Part shown: positions 51,570-64,000 of the stretch, piece by piece
How positions within the stretch are numbered: position 1 is the first letter of the stretch
How the letters are laid out: the number at the start of each line of letters is the position of its first letter
From: Camelus ferus
Taxonomy: Eukaryota
Direction of reading: 5' to 3'
DNA length: 64,000 nucleotides
Assembly: GCF_009834535.1 (NCBI RefSeq)
Contig: NC_045697.1
Coordinates: 66,528,001 to 66,592,000, forward strand
Notes under the pieces: generated by a model
The model's input: the letters and a program-made list of their open reading frames with translations, nothing else
What the model was told of the DNA's origin: nothing
The model's database searches: none
Made by a program: the position numbers and the translations under genes

Positions 51570-51700
51570 GTAGGTGGTTCTTAACTATTTGCTGCACAGG
51601 AGCGTCACTGGAGGAGCTTAGTAAGTCAGAAGCTCTGCCCAGGCATTAGCTTTTTAAAAAGCTCTGCTGATGATTCTGTTGTTAACCTAGGGTTCAGGAA
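51570..51700. mobile_element. MER5-type DNA transposon fragment
   Basis: 'gtggttcttaact...cactggaggagctt...tttttaaaaagctctgctgatgattctg'. Confidence 0.55.
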
Positions 51701-51889
51701 AAATATGCTGTATTATTTTTCTGTAATGAAAGTGGTACTGCTCTTTGTATTCTTTTTAATTACGTTATTAGGGACTCCTGTGCAGGCCTCCCTGTGGTTG
51801 GCTCATTGTGCTGCCTTAGTCTTATGCTTGTGCTTATACTCTTGCTATTTTCGGTTAGCCTTCTAGGTCTCCTCATGCATTCAGCAAAC

Positions 51890-52125
51890 GGTAATAATAT
51901 CTAATACTTCTGTACTGCTGATTTTGTGCCAGACACTGCTATATATATACTGTTTCTATTTAACTCATTTATTTTCCATGACAACTTCACAGAATAAGTA
52001 CTATTATCCCCTTTTTGCAGATGAGGAATCGGAGGCATAAAGAGGCTAAATACCTTGCTCAGTATTACAGGCTAGGAAGAGAGCTGCACCTCATTGAGAG
52101 AGTCTAAGCTTTCAGCTTCCAGGCC
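51890..52125 (-). mobile_element. MIR SINE, near full length
   Basis: 'tgtgccagacactgct...ctattatccccttttgcagatgaggaatcggaggcataaagagg'. Confidence 0.85.
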
Positions 52126-55100
52126 ATACTGTCTCTGTAGTTGAGCCCCCGCTGTATACCTGTATACCAGGGACTCTGCTGGGCACTGAGATTAACACAG
52201 TGAACAGAGCAAGGAAATCCTACTCGTGATGGAACATACAGTCTAGTGGAAATTCTAGGGGTACTCTTGATTTTCAGTCAGGATCTTGTGTCTCAGAAAA
52301 CCCTCTACCACTAAGCTATTCCCTCTTCCTATATAATGACTTACAATTTTGTATAAGTGAACATATATAGTATCCTTACTTTGAGAAAAGTTTCATTGGT
52401 CTAGACTGATTAGGTAGGGGCAGGGGGAGATGAGTAAGTGGACGTTTATAGAAGAAAACCCCATACCCATTCTCTAGACAGTTTCAAGACAGTTTACTTT
52501 TCTCTTACAAAGTTAGCCTTGGGCCAGAGGGTAAAAAACAATTTTATAGTTAGAACTTGCTCAGCCCTCTCAGGATGAAGGGACCTAATGTTTTTTCCTC
52601 TTCCCCCCATCTGCGCCCTCCCCCCACCCCGCCAACTGGAAAAAACTCAAATTCACATCCAGACCTTTATTATCCTCGCTCACCTTGACAACTTCTCTTT
52701 GTGGCATCTCATTCTCTGGGCACTGTTAAGTGATACAGTGGCTAATGAACTAAATGAATTTGAGCTAAAACACTGGCTGACGATATCTAAGGGTGCTCCC
52801 CATGCTGATCCGAGTTGTCTTAGCAGGAGTCTCCATGTGAGCCCCTGGGAAGAAACTGCGTGGGAATTCCAGGCCCTGTGGCACAGGCAGTGGGAGTATA
52901 TTTAGCCCAGAGGCCTTTTCATCACCCCCTCCAGTCACACCACTTAAACAGCTGCTTACTCTGTGTGCGTGTAAACAAGTTCTTCCCCCTCCTCCCCAAG
53001 GACCTAGATTGGAGACCCTTCTTCAATCCTTCACAAATATAGCATTGATTGTGACCTTTTACTCTAATCTGGATGCTCTTGAGATTTTCAAGTACATGCT
53101 GACAGAGATTTTATGGGAATATGTAAGTATCTGCTTCATGGTGAGAAACAGATCTTTTAACCAGGAGCTCACCCAGACCCGTACATTTGGACACAGTTGG
53201 TAGTACCTTAATAGTGGAACAGAATCTACCCAATGAAATTTTGTTTTTATTGAAAGGTTGGCTTGAAAGCATTGTATTCAGCTGTGGTTGGAAGAGTGCC
53301 TTCCTGCCAAAAGGAACAGTTCCTGAAACAGTCTGTCATTTTGAGCTTTTATTCATTCCTGCTCCTTCAGTTGGCCTCATGATTAGTGAGTAGCTAAACA
53401 AAGTGGAATTGCCTAATGTGTTATTAGTCTTTGCTACAAAACTGAGATCCCCGGAAGCCCAGGAAGCGCGTCTTTCTTGTTCAGAGTATTACTCCACTGT
53501 GTCTCCCGGTGAGGCCCACTGAGGTCCACGCTACGTACTTGGTGAGAAGAGGGGTAAGGGAAGCCAGAAGGAATTTTCCTAGGTGCTAGACCTTGACTGT
53601 GTGGAGCAGGATTTTAACTTGGGTAGTCGGATTCAAAATTTTATGGTTTAACTTCACCAAAAAGTCAACTATTAAATGAATTTAAAAACCATTGGAACGT
53701 ACTCCGTCTACAGAAAACCTTTGTTTTCTTGGAGAGCTTTACCGAGCTCCTGCTTTGTGAGTGATTTACCAGTCGGTGTAACCTGCCTGCTGGCCTGCTT
53801 TTCCAGTGGGACTGTAAACTCCTCCAGGGCAGGGAGAATGCTTTGTTCATTGTTTATTCCCAGGACTATGCAGACTGTTGCACGAAAAAGTGTTTTAAAT
53901 TATCCAATGCGTTGTTGTAATTAAAACATATTTTTCTCATAATGATATAGTAATGATTTGCATCAGAAACAGAAGCCTTTTCTCTGAGTACTTGAAAGAG
54001 CTCAGAACATGTAAGGATACTAACTTATTCTCAAAGGACATTTGTACCTAGGATTCTTAACTCAGGTTGTAAAATCTGATCAAAGTCATAAATGTAAATA
54101 TATTTTCATTCTTATAGGCATTAACAAAATCACATAGATACCTTATCTAATTTATACTCGAAACCTCATGAATTATGAGGTACATTTAGTGTGTTCAAAA
54201 AAAGAACCTGATTCATTCTACTTTTAGCACTAACTTTAACCAAATAACATATGTTGCTAAAATTGGAGTTTTCAGAAATACGGTATTCACAATAATTAGA
54301 ATAATGGATTCTAAGAGAGATCATTATAGCGTACAATAAGCTTTACCTCTTACCAGCTGTGACAGGGCACACCATTGCTATTCCTCAGACTTTGCCTAGA
54401 AGCTTTAAAAGAATCTGTTTATAAACTGGAACCAATACTTAAGTGTCACTGGATTAACACTTCGAATTTCATGTTTACACATATATTTCACAACTCTCTT
54501 TAATACGCTTTAAAGCTGGCTGAGACTTATTTATGTGTTACACAGCTATACTGGGTTCCATAATCTATAGCTACTTTCTTTTGAAATTAAATTTACTGCC
54601 ACAGAAAATTGTGGCGAAAATAAAGCCAAAAGGTGTTGCAACCTACTAATTGAAAACATGTATTCTGTAACTAGTAAGCATTAGTAGGCACTTAAGAGGT
54701 AAGGTTTATTTAGCTTTTTTGAAGCTTAATACTAACAGAATTCAGATTTTAAAATATTGTTAGCAATATTTTCCCAAATAATTTTAGAATATCTATTTAT
54801 CTGTCTATATGAAACATAGTGTTTTAAACTTAACACAAATGTAAGCTCTAATCCCAAATAGAATTCAAGAGTTGAAATTTGGATCAAGATACTGTTGGAA
54901 ATAGTTCTGCCTAGAAAGATCTTAAATCAAAATTAATAAGAGTTCAGTGAAACAGTGGTACATGTAAATTATGGAAGTCAATTCCACAAAATCTATGAAT
55001 ACCTGCTGTTTGCTGGGCATTGTGCTAGCCAGTATGGATATAGGAATGAACAAGGTGTAAGTGCCAGACTGTATGGATTTAGTTATAAGTGTAATAAGAA

Positions 55101-57624
55101 CAAGATTCATAAATGTTCTCTTCTTGTGGCCTGGGTGGAACTGCGTGTTGGTAGTTTAAAAAAAAAAAAGTGGGGTGGCTTTTGGCAGATATATGCCACG
55201 TGCATCTGTTGAGGTGGTAGGTAAGTGAATCTTCCACCCCTCCCCTTCCTCCCTCTGCAGTAATGAAATGCTCTGTATGCTGGTACGAAGCTCTGTGTTA
55301 GCACTTACTTTATTGTGTGGTGGTTGCTTATCTGTCCAATGTATTTTTTACTGGACTGTAAGCTTCTAGACAGCAGAGATCACTCACAGTCCAGAGCTTC
55401 CCCCACATAGGGCATATTGAACTGTGATTGGATAAATAGGTAAATTACTAAGTTGGAAAGGGAGAAGATGGAAACGAGAGAAAGGATGAGGAGGAAGATG
55501 GACAACGTAGACAAGAAAGAGAGGAGGAAATAGGAGAGAAGATAGTAGATGGCTGGCTTGCTCTTCCCTGTCTTTTTCAGATGAAACTAGCTGTGACCTT
55601 CCCTCCCAGGACTGTGGGGAGGGCATGATAGCAGTGGCAACACAGTCAGATTGGTTATGAGGTGAGATCTGGAAGGCTTATTGAATCGTCACTGTGTAGG
55701 CGTGGTACCTAGAGGACCAAACTAGTCCATTGTGGGAATGCACTCCAGGCCAGGCAGACGGGGGACCTGTTCATCCTGCTTAGTCTCCTGACTAGCAGCA
55801 TCACCTCATCAGCTGCTCATCAGTGCGAAGGCTACCAAGGCTTTTTCAGGGTAATACTCACCAGTCCAGGGGTCTTTGCACAGTGCAATGGCGACCTCCC
55901 TGTCAGTTCAGCTTTGAAGGATGATTGCTTTTGAATGGGAAGTGATATTCCTAAAATGTGTCCTTTAGGTAAAATTATATTTTGCCTCCCAGTTAAAAAG
56001 CGTTCATGTCAAAAAAAAACCACAAATGTTTCTAAGTTAATTTTTGGTATCAACATTTGGCAAGCGTTTCCACAGGCAGCCACTGTGGCAACTGTCCGCT
56101 TTCTTGTTAGAGACTCCTTGAAATGCTTAGTTGAAGTATTTTGAAATCATTTCTTATTGAGGTTGTGGTGCTCTTTCTCAGCTCACATCCTAAATTTACC
56201 TCACAGAAGAGCAGCTTTAGGTCTTAAAGAATTCTGAGATGCAGCTACGTTTGAAAATTTTGGTTAAAACTGGAGTGAAGTGGGCAAAGGCAAGGGGTCC
56301 TTCGCTGTTGGCAGGTTGGCAGGAGAACTGACTTAATGGAAAACGAGCTTCAGTTCCCTTCACTTGCGTACTTCTCTCCTGATGGGCTGCACAGTTCCGT
56401 GGTGGATGTGAGTGAGCTACGGGAAAAAGTTGGGGGCAAAGCTCTTTTTGAGATCTCTGCTGTGACGAGCTCTGCCCAGGCTTTGGGGAACCAGTGGCTG
56501 GAAGGTGATTTTAGAAACAACCAGCAGAGAAGGGAATTGTGGTCATAGTTTATGAAGAAAAAATAAAAAGACCTGAGGTGACATACCGGGAGACCTTTGC
56601 TGCACACAGTCCAGCCTCTCTATATGGCAAGGTACTGACTCTCCATTTATTTCCTGGGGCTACATTCTGCCTGAGATAGGGAGTCAAGAAAAGCTTAGAT
56701 GTGTCTCTCTGAGCAGCCTGCAGACTGAATACCTTATCTTAGTGACCTTTTAGTTTTTAGAGTTCAAAGTCTCATTTAGTATTTTATTTCTTTCAGAATT
56801 GTGGTGAAGAAAATCAGATATATAATTGGGCTACTAACTCCAGTGTTTTAACAATTTTAATCCATTTTTTTGTTTGGGTTTTGATGCATTAACTTCTTAC
56901 ATAATTTAATTAGCCTGATCACTGACACAAGAAGCCTGACACTGCCCCATACATCTGTTCAGGAGGGAGCTAAGGAAACCTTCCTCGCCACATAACATTT
57001 TCCCTCTCCATGGATTCCCCGGTTAATGAGATACTCCCTTTTTGATGCTGGTCCACAGCTCTGTGGTAGATAATTATCAGATGATGAGTGCTGTTCTGCC
57101 TGACTTCTTTAGTGGACCCTGAGCATGTGAACAGAGCAGATAACTTACTCCACCTATGAAGCTTTCAAACTTCGACCACTGCATGACTAACCCCCATATG
57201 CAGACACCAATGTAGTGCATCCATGTGATATTTGAACTTACCTATTTTTGATTAGTAATTTACTAAAAATATCATCCAACAAATGATAAATCAGAACCTT
57301 TTTTTTTTTTTACTGCCCATATGGTATTTAGAGACTTAATTTGAGATAATGAAAACATGTAATTGTGAAAGAAGGCAAATAAGTACCATATTTAAGATGT
57401 TTCATTCAGAAAAACTTTTCTGTTAAATGAGGAAGTCAGTTGAGGGGAATTTGGTGGTAGACTTGAGTAAAAACATTTTTATATTAGGTAAATTTTTCTT
57501 TTGGGCTGTAAATTTAATAAAGTCATATTTAATGACATTAGTATCTAGTTTGTTTTCTATAAAATTTATTGAATGTTGTGCGTATGATTGGAATCCTTGA
57601 GTAAGTTTAAATGCCATTTTTTTC

Positions 57625-58030
57625 ATTGTTCTAAGAATAATTTTGCAAAAAAAAAGAAAAATCCCAATTCAAACTGACTTAAACAGGAAAGTTGATAATC
57701 TGTCTTAAGTGGATGTCTAGGGAGAGTGGTGCCAGAGCTGACTGATGCAGAGCAGTGGCTCCATAATGTTCTTGTAGAATTTGCTTGTTTGATGGCTGTT
57801 CCCCTATAGCCTCTGACATTGTGTTGGCCTCATCAGTCTGGCAGTTAGCGCCACACACCACCCTCAGATACGAGAATGTTTCCAGAGGAAGAACAGGTGC
57901 CATCTTTTATTACGCCTCTTTCTTAGTGTGGAAGAATTCTCTCCAGAAGCCCTGCAGCCAACTTGCCCATTCCTACTCATCATTAACAAGGGAGATGGAT
58001 GATGGTGCCTTGCTTAGACTGATCATTTGT
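57625..58030. mobile_element. MaLR solo LTR (MLT1J/K-like)
   Basis: 'aaaatcccaattcaaactgacttaaac' and 'ctccagaagccctgcagccaacttgccc' are MLT1 hallmarks. Confidence 0.65.
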
Positions 58031-60894
58031 GTTAATAGATGTTAGGGAGTAAATTAGAGTGGCTACTACAATAGATAACCCTATCCTGCCTATGTACAAA
58101 TCTCAAAGTGCTTTGCTGAATATGGAAACAAAATGGATTTCATTGTACATCAACAAAAAGATTTTTTAAATAAGAAAACAAAAATAAATCTCACAAATAT
58201 ATATTACATCCATAAAGAATTAAATATTACAACAAAGGATTTTTTTTTCTGGTTTCCTAAACTTTGGAGTTGGGCACATGAAAACATTTCCTTATCAATT
58301 CCATGATTTTGCAGTTAAGGATACTACATTCCTCCCCCTGTGCCATTGGTTACTGGGAAGGGATCTGAAAGTTTATTTTGTGTAAAAATGTTACTAAAAT
58401 AACTTCATGGAAAGGATATGAAATATTTTCTTTGATAATAGCCAGTCAGGAAATAAATGAATTGATGTAATAGTATGGTGTGTAGAACTTAGATACATTG
58501 TGAAGCATAAATGAAACATGACTAGAAATCTTACATGAGACTTTGGGCTGCGGCCTATTGGTGGTAGTTTACAGCTTGTGAAGAAGGTTAAGGTTAAATG
58601 AAGGTTGAAGGGATATTGCAGATGTTATTCTTCTGTCAGGTGCTGTCGTTTGCACACCTGCAACACTGGGGTCTTCTTTTAATGTGCATAGAAGCTCACT
58701 TGGGGCCAGACTGCTTCCAGATTGACTTCCTGCTCACTTTGTTCTCTTTTTCACTGAACTTTTTCTGCTATGTCCTCACTCTCATTTGTTTAACCCATTT
58801 TCATAGGGAAAGTTGCTCTTGTAATATAAAAAACATGGAATCCTTGAGATTCCTTTAATGTTTTTTCTGTTTTCTGTTCAATTAATGTTATCATTAGTAA
58901 GATGATTATAAAGAGGAATCTAGTAAATGTATTCTTTGGGGAATACCAATGAAGGAGGAACATCTGGAAAGTTCTGTACAATAATAAAAATGGAAACAGA
59001 TGTATAATTGCTACCCTGCCTCCTGTCAGATGTCTCTTATTAGTAATTTAGGAAAATTTTTATTCTACGTATCCACAAAGAAAGGTAAATATATACTTAG
59101 AATATTAAATTGTTGAAACTGAAATGAATAGTTTAATATTAGACATAGAGACGTCAGTGAAAAAGCTTTTATTACCAAGATTAACAATTTTGCCCATTAA
59201 AAAGTAGAAGTTAAAACTTAGTTAAAACTACAATAACTTTGATATGACTTGCCAAACAGATGTAAATTTTTTAACTGAAATAATTTATATGATTAAAAAT
59301 CACAGCATGTTACTACTTTCAAAATGGTATAATTATAAAAATAAGCCAAAAATACTGAGTTATAAAAAAAATAGGGGATTTTTAGGAAATAATTTTTCTA
59401 ATATGAAATATAATTCGGCTCCTTAAATGAACACTGTTCCTAAAATGGCATTCTATTTAATAGGTGTTCTCTTCACCCCACTCCTCACCCCTGCTGTGCT
59501 TCTGTGGCTGAGTTGTCTTGAGCAGCAATCACCTCCTTCTGTAGGGTAAGAGCTTCTAGTGGTAGTTCCTCTGTCCTTGACATTGGACAGCATGATTGTG
59601 TTATCTAAGGTCCAGATTGCTCTTTGGAAATCTAAATAATCCTTTTAAAGTTAAATTTATGTAAAGGACAAAGTCTCTTAAACATATTAATTATGTTTCT
59701 GTGCTATTTTCAAATTACTGCCTCAGTCTTTCACAAATTTAACAAATACATGTGGAATACCTACAGCATGCCAGGCACCGGGTTAGGCACCAGAACAGGC
59801 AAGAATCATTCCCTTAGGGAGCTTACATTGTTTAAATTCTGCTAACTGATGCCTTCACTCAATTAGCTTTTTTCTTTTTATTCTCCTAGTAATTCATTTT
59901 TGCTATTCTTACGGCAACCAGCTGTTTAGCGATATTCAGATGTGTGAACTATAATGTGGAAGATCTTAAATATGTATTTTTGCATGTAATTTTTGTGATT
60001 AAGAGAAAAAAAAGAAAAACTGCTAGATAAAATAAACAGGATGAGTATATAAGTTACCACTGAGACAGTACAGCACAATGGAGAGATGGGTGACTGGAAC
60101 ATGAGTCAAAAGACATGTCATCACTCAGTTCCATGAATTGGTGACTCGCTTTGCCTTCCCTGTTCTCAGCGAACTAACTCATGGTAACACAGAGAAATAC
60201 CTGCTGTATCAGCTTCACTAAGGTGTTTGCAAACACCAGATAAAATCATGTATGAGGAAACATTTTGATCTGAACATATTTAAGGTTTTTTATAACATTG
60301 CTGTAAGCATTTTATTAGTAAATGTGAACACAAGGTAGATATGTGGTTTTCAGTATTTCAAATTCAAATTAATATTAAATTATGCATAGCTTCTAATTAA
60401 TTGGATTAATGACTGACGCACTGCTAAATTTTGATATGTACTTCACACCAAGGGCTACTGAAGTTTGCACTGCAAGAACTGGTATACATGATTGGAGGAG
60501 ATGCTATTTTATTTTGACAGGAAGTTGAAATGCTATTTTATTTAGACAGGAATCATACATGGTAAGAAGTTGGATTATTTTCCAAGGACAGAATTAAGTT
60601 CTGCTAAAATACATTTTAAGGAAATAGTTGTAAATAGTCAAATGTAGTTTTTTTTTTTTTCAGAGTGTATTCTGTAGAGCATGGTAGGATGATAATGATT
60701 GCTCTTGACTCCAGGGTTAAGTAATTTTGTTTGATAAACAATAAAACTTACTTTATTGCAAAACTTTTCAGAGCTTTTAATATGCTAAAAGTTTATAGTG
60801 AAATTTTAAGAGAGCATACAAAATTCATAGCACTTTCCCACAGTATTTGGGAGTGGATATTACCCGCTCATCTATGGGCATCTATGAAAAGCAC

Positions 60895-61047
60895 AGGGTG
60901 AATCCTCAGAGTGCGGTCCTAGGACCAGCAATGTCATCATCACCTTTGCTGCACCCCAGACCTCCTGAATCGGGATCTCTGAAGGTAGAGCCCAGCAGTC
61001 TCTTTACCAAGCCCTCCAGTGGTTCTGATGTACCTGAGAACCACTTC
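60895..61047. mobile_element. MER5A-type DNA transposon
   Basis: 'ctcagagtgcggtcctaggaccagca...ccccagacctcctgaatcgggatctctg...ccaagccctccagtggttctgatg...tgagaaccact'. Confidence 0.85.
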
Positions 61048-61544
61048 CCTGGGTTCCAGGAACATAATGTGGAAAATAAAGATCTAGTGAATTTAAAATC
61101 TGTATGCTTCTAAAAGAAAGCTGTCATTCTATTCTGAGTAGTAATATTTAGGTCTCAAGTCTTCATGCAGGTGTGTGTGTATGAAATCAAAGAAAAAAAG
61201 TCAGTGCATTCTTGCCAAGTAGAGTAGGTGTGGTAGAATGAAAATGTGTTGAAAGTTTGATTCAGGATTTAGCAAAAGTGGGGTTGGATTAGCCTTAGAT
61301 TATGCATGTGACCTCAATACCACACCCTGACTACCACAGATTTATACTTCAGTAAATTGAAAAAGTGCATACTTGCACATCTTGGATTACAAAGTAGAGT
61401 GCCTCAGGATTTTAACTTTCGTAAAGAGGTGTGCTTTCATCCTTTTCTTTAAGCTTGTTGACTCTCTTAATTTATTCCAGCAAGTCAGTTTTCTTATACT
61501 GCTGTTAGGAAGTTCTTTCAACAATTACTTAGTGACTGCTTAGT

Positions 61545-61760
61545 AGGGGCTTGGTAGGTAGGCACTGTGCTAAGTACTGGACTTAGTAAATAGAGTACTG
61601 ATCTTCACAGGGCCTGTAGTGTGTGGGGAGGTAGAGGCAAGGCTTAAGACATGGCTTAAGGAGTGAAATGCTACAGTTAAGTCCAAGATGCCAGGGGAAG
61701 GGAAGGACACACAGTCTAGACCTTGAGCATTATGGAAGGTTTCTCAGAGGAAATGTCAAA
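61545..61760 (-). mobile_element. LINE-2 3' fragment
   Basis: 'aggcactgtgctaagtactgg' and 'ggaaggtttctcagaggaaatg'. Confidence 0.55.
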
Positions 61761-62739
61761 TAAAACATTGTAAAGTGTGAGAAGCAGTTTAAGTTGTGCA
61801 GTAATAACTTGAAAAATAATGGAGGACTATTTCTAACTCATTTCTAATTTAGGAAGGAGAAAGTACTTAGTTTGGGAGTTTCTGATAAGTGGGCAGTTCA
61901 TCATGTAAGATAAAATTCAGTGCGTCTGTCTTTTGTAGGTTGTAGAAAAAGCAAAGACCATTTTATCCTGAATTTAAGAGAAACTGAAAATGAAACAATA
62001 AAATACATGTGTGATGATGGAGTTAATCTAAGCTTGCTGATAAGTAATGTATTTAGGCTGTCATAAGAAAGAATATTTATATTAAATAACTCTAAGTAGT
62101 AAATAATATAATTTATTTGGCCATCTTCAAAAGGGAAAATCCCAAACTTAGGGAAAAATAATATTTAAAGTATTTATGACTTAAAACACATGTAAACACC
62201 ATGTGTGATTTTAGAATTTTACCTATGTATGTGTTTTTATGTGCTTCAGTGAATTTTGTTTTTGTAAATATAATTGTCTTTTTAAATGAAAAAGCTATCC
62301 ATACTGTGTCAGTAAAGCTAGTGTTAATTTTAAAATTCCAATGTTTAATATACTTTTGAGTCACTAGTTTTTATAAACTGTTAGTTGTATCAGGACTATG
62401 GATAGGTTTGATGCTGTGTGGGTTATAATTTTGGACTCCTTCTCCGTCCCCTTTTTAAACTCTTTCAGATACTGCTATTATTACTGTGGTTTCCTTTTGG
62501 AAGATTTACCTCTGGATACTGCCATGCCTGAAATAGTAGTGGTAGATGTTAATAATGTTGGGAATTTAAGTATGCATTAGGGTGTTTTTTTTTTTTGTTT
62601 TTTTTTTTTTGGATTTACTACTTGAGCTAAATGATTATCTACTCCAGATGCTGTTATTACTCCAGTTGACTGGGGTCCCTGAGTGTTGACAGAGGAAGGT
62701 TTATTTGCACATTAGAGCAGCTGACTGGTTTGATCAGGT

Positions 62740-62950
62740 CAGTCTCATGTGGAAAGGGATTATAAAAGTCACCTGCCTAGGTCAAATCCACACTCTGCAT
62801 TTACAGTGACTTTTTAACTTGAAACTTCTGTGCTTTAGGTTTCCTCTTCCTTAAAATGTACCTGCTTCGTAGAGTTATAATGAGGATTTTAAAAGTTAAT
62901 TAATCTGAAGTGTTTAGAGCCTGGCACATAGTGATCAATAAATGATGGTA
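62740..62950 (+). mobile_element. MIR SINE
   Basis: 'tgcctaggtcaaatcc...ctgtgctttaggtttcctcttccttaaaatg...gcctggcacatagtgatcaataaatg'. Confidence 0.75.
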
Positions 62951-63029
62951 ATTAGCATGTTTCATTTGACCTTTAATAATCTTTCATTATTAGAGTGAAG
63001 AAAATACTATCCTTAACAAGACCCATAAA

Positions 63030-63465
63030 ACAGCCCCATTATCTGGCCATTATCCCCTCTTCATTCCTCTTCTTTTCCCTGAACTTTCCAAGCTACTTTC
63101 CATATTTGGGGAATTTTGTAGCTTTGTTAATTCTCTCCTGAAATGCTCTTTTCCTCATCCTTCCTTTGTCAGCTGATTAATTTCGTGTGCTTCAGATTTG
63201 AGCTCAAAAGGTACATCCTATAGCCTGACCTTTCCTGCTATTCCCGCACTGGCCTCCGTACCCCCAGGCTAAGTGCTGCTCCCGTTGCTAGCTATGTCCA
63301 TATAGAATTTTAAGTTTCTCATGATACAGTTGGGTTATTTGTTGTCTCTTCACTCTGTAGCATATTATGGACCTAGAACCGTTCTTAGCACATAGTGGGC
63401 ACAAAATAAATACTTAAATGTGTATGTGTGTGAGGGAGGGAGGGAGTGAATTATGAATGAATGAA
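63030..63465 (+). mobile_element. LINE-2 3' end
   Basis: 'cctgaaatgctctttt', 'ttagcacatagtgggcacaaaataaatactt' and the 'atgaatgaatgaa' tail. Confidence 0.7.
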
Positions 63466-64000
63466 CTGTCCTGTGTACATTTGAGTGTTACGCATATTTA
63501 GGTTTATAAACATAGGGACCAGATAATCCTGATACTCAGTGGGCTGGTTTTCCTTGTCCTTGAAAGCTGAGAAGGTAAATGCTTCACTGTATGGAGATGT
63601 ACTTGAGAATTACCCCTATAGGGTAAGTGTGTTTGGTTTTGTTGATTAAATGGAAGAAAAATCTTTTTGATATTTACGAATTGTTCGAAACAGGATAAAA
63701 GTATTACTATGCTTGAAATATGCTGATCATGGTATGAATATTGCCAGTCATTTCCCAGTATGCCTGGGGTTTTGCCTATCACCAGCTTACACAGATTTCC
63801 CAGGCTGCGGTGGGCTGCCAGCGGCCTACTTGTGTCCCTGGTGTGCATCTGCAGGTGATCGCCCTGAGGCCACAGCCTGCAGGAAGTCATTGAGAATCTG
63901 AGTAACTTGGAAGCTAAGGCTCCTGCCTGAGCTTTACAAGTACGGATTTGTTTGTGGGACCCTCTAGTTCCGCTAGGTTGTATTCATTGTCTGCTTATTT

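Noticed and set aside
60648..60690. T13-CAG acceptor followed by ATG|GTAGGA, suggesting a 20-nt start-codon micro-exon
   Set aside because: Weak donor, very short exon and no independent support.
1..64000. Host gene symbol; tRNA, rRNA, snoRNA, CRISPR or prokaryote-type systems
   Set aside because: I could not match the first exon to a known gene from memory and saw no structured RNA gene, repeat-spacer array or operon-like coding density.

Overview
This is eutherian mammal genomic DNA. The LINE-1 ends look cetartiodactyl and no Alu, B1, CHR, PRE1, BovA or SINEC copy was recognised, so a camelid is a tentative guess. A CpG island at about 3030-4440 holds an ATG-free, non-coding first exon on the + strand (donor CCG|GTAAGG at 3467/3468). 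About 60 kb of AT-rich, repeat-filled sequence follows and most likely represents the first intron or 5'UTR introns of a gene I cannot name. No host protein-coding exon could be supported; the longer ORFs in the track are GC-rich chance frames or retroelement fossils. Recognised elements include many MIR and L2 fragments, a roughly 1.2 kb CR1/L3 fossil with readable reverse-transcriptase motifs, an ORF1-only L1 piece next to an ERVL integrase-dUTPase-LTR16 remnant, LTR33 and MLT1 solo LTRs, MER5/MER103/MER53 DNA transposons and a 5'-truncated L1. There is also a 5 kb TSD-flanked L1 whose RT core is replaced by the CpG-rich 5'UTR of a younger L1. The best leads are that chimeric L1 (strong host-sense splice sites and an antisense ORF), a MER53 hairpin carrying a miR-1302-like sequence, and an intronic cluster of bZIP sites. 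I found no convincing evidence of a new biological system. Repeat family names are from recalled consensus sequences and need RepeatMasker/Dfam confirmation; repeat boundaries are approximate.
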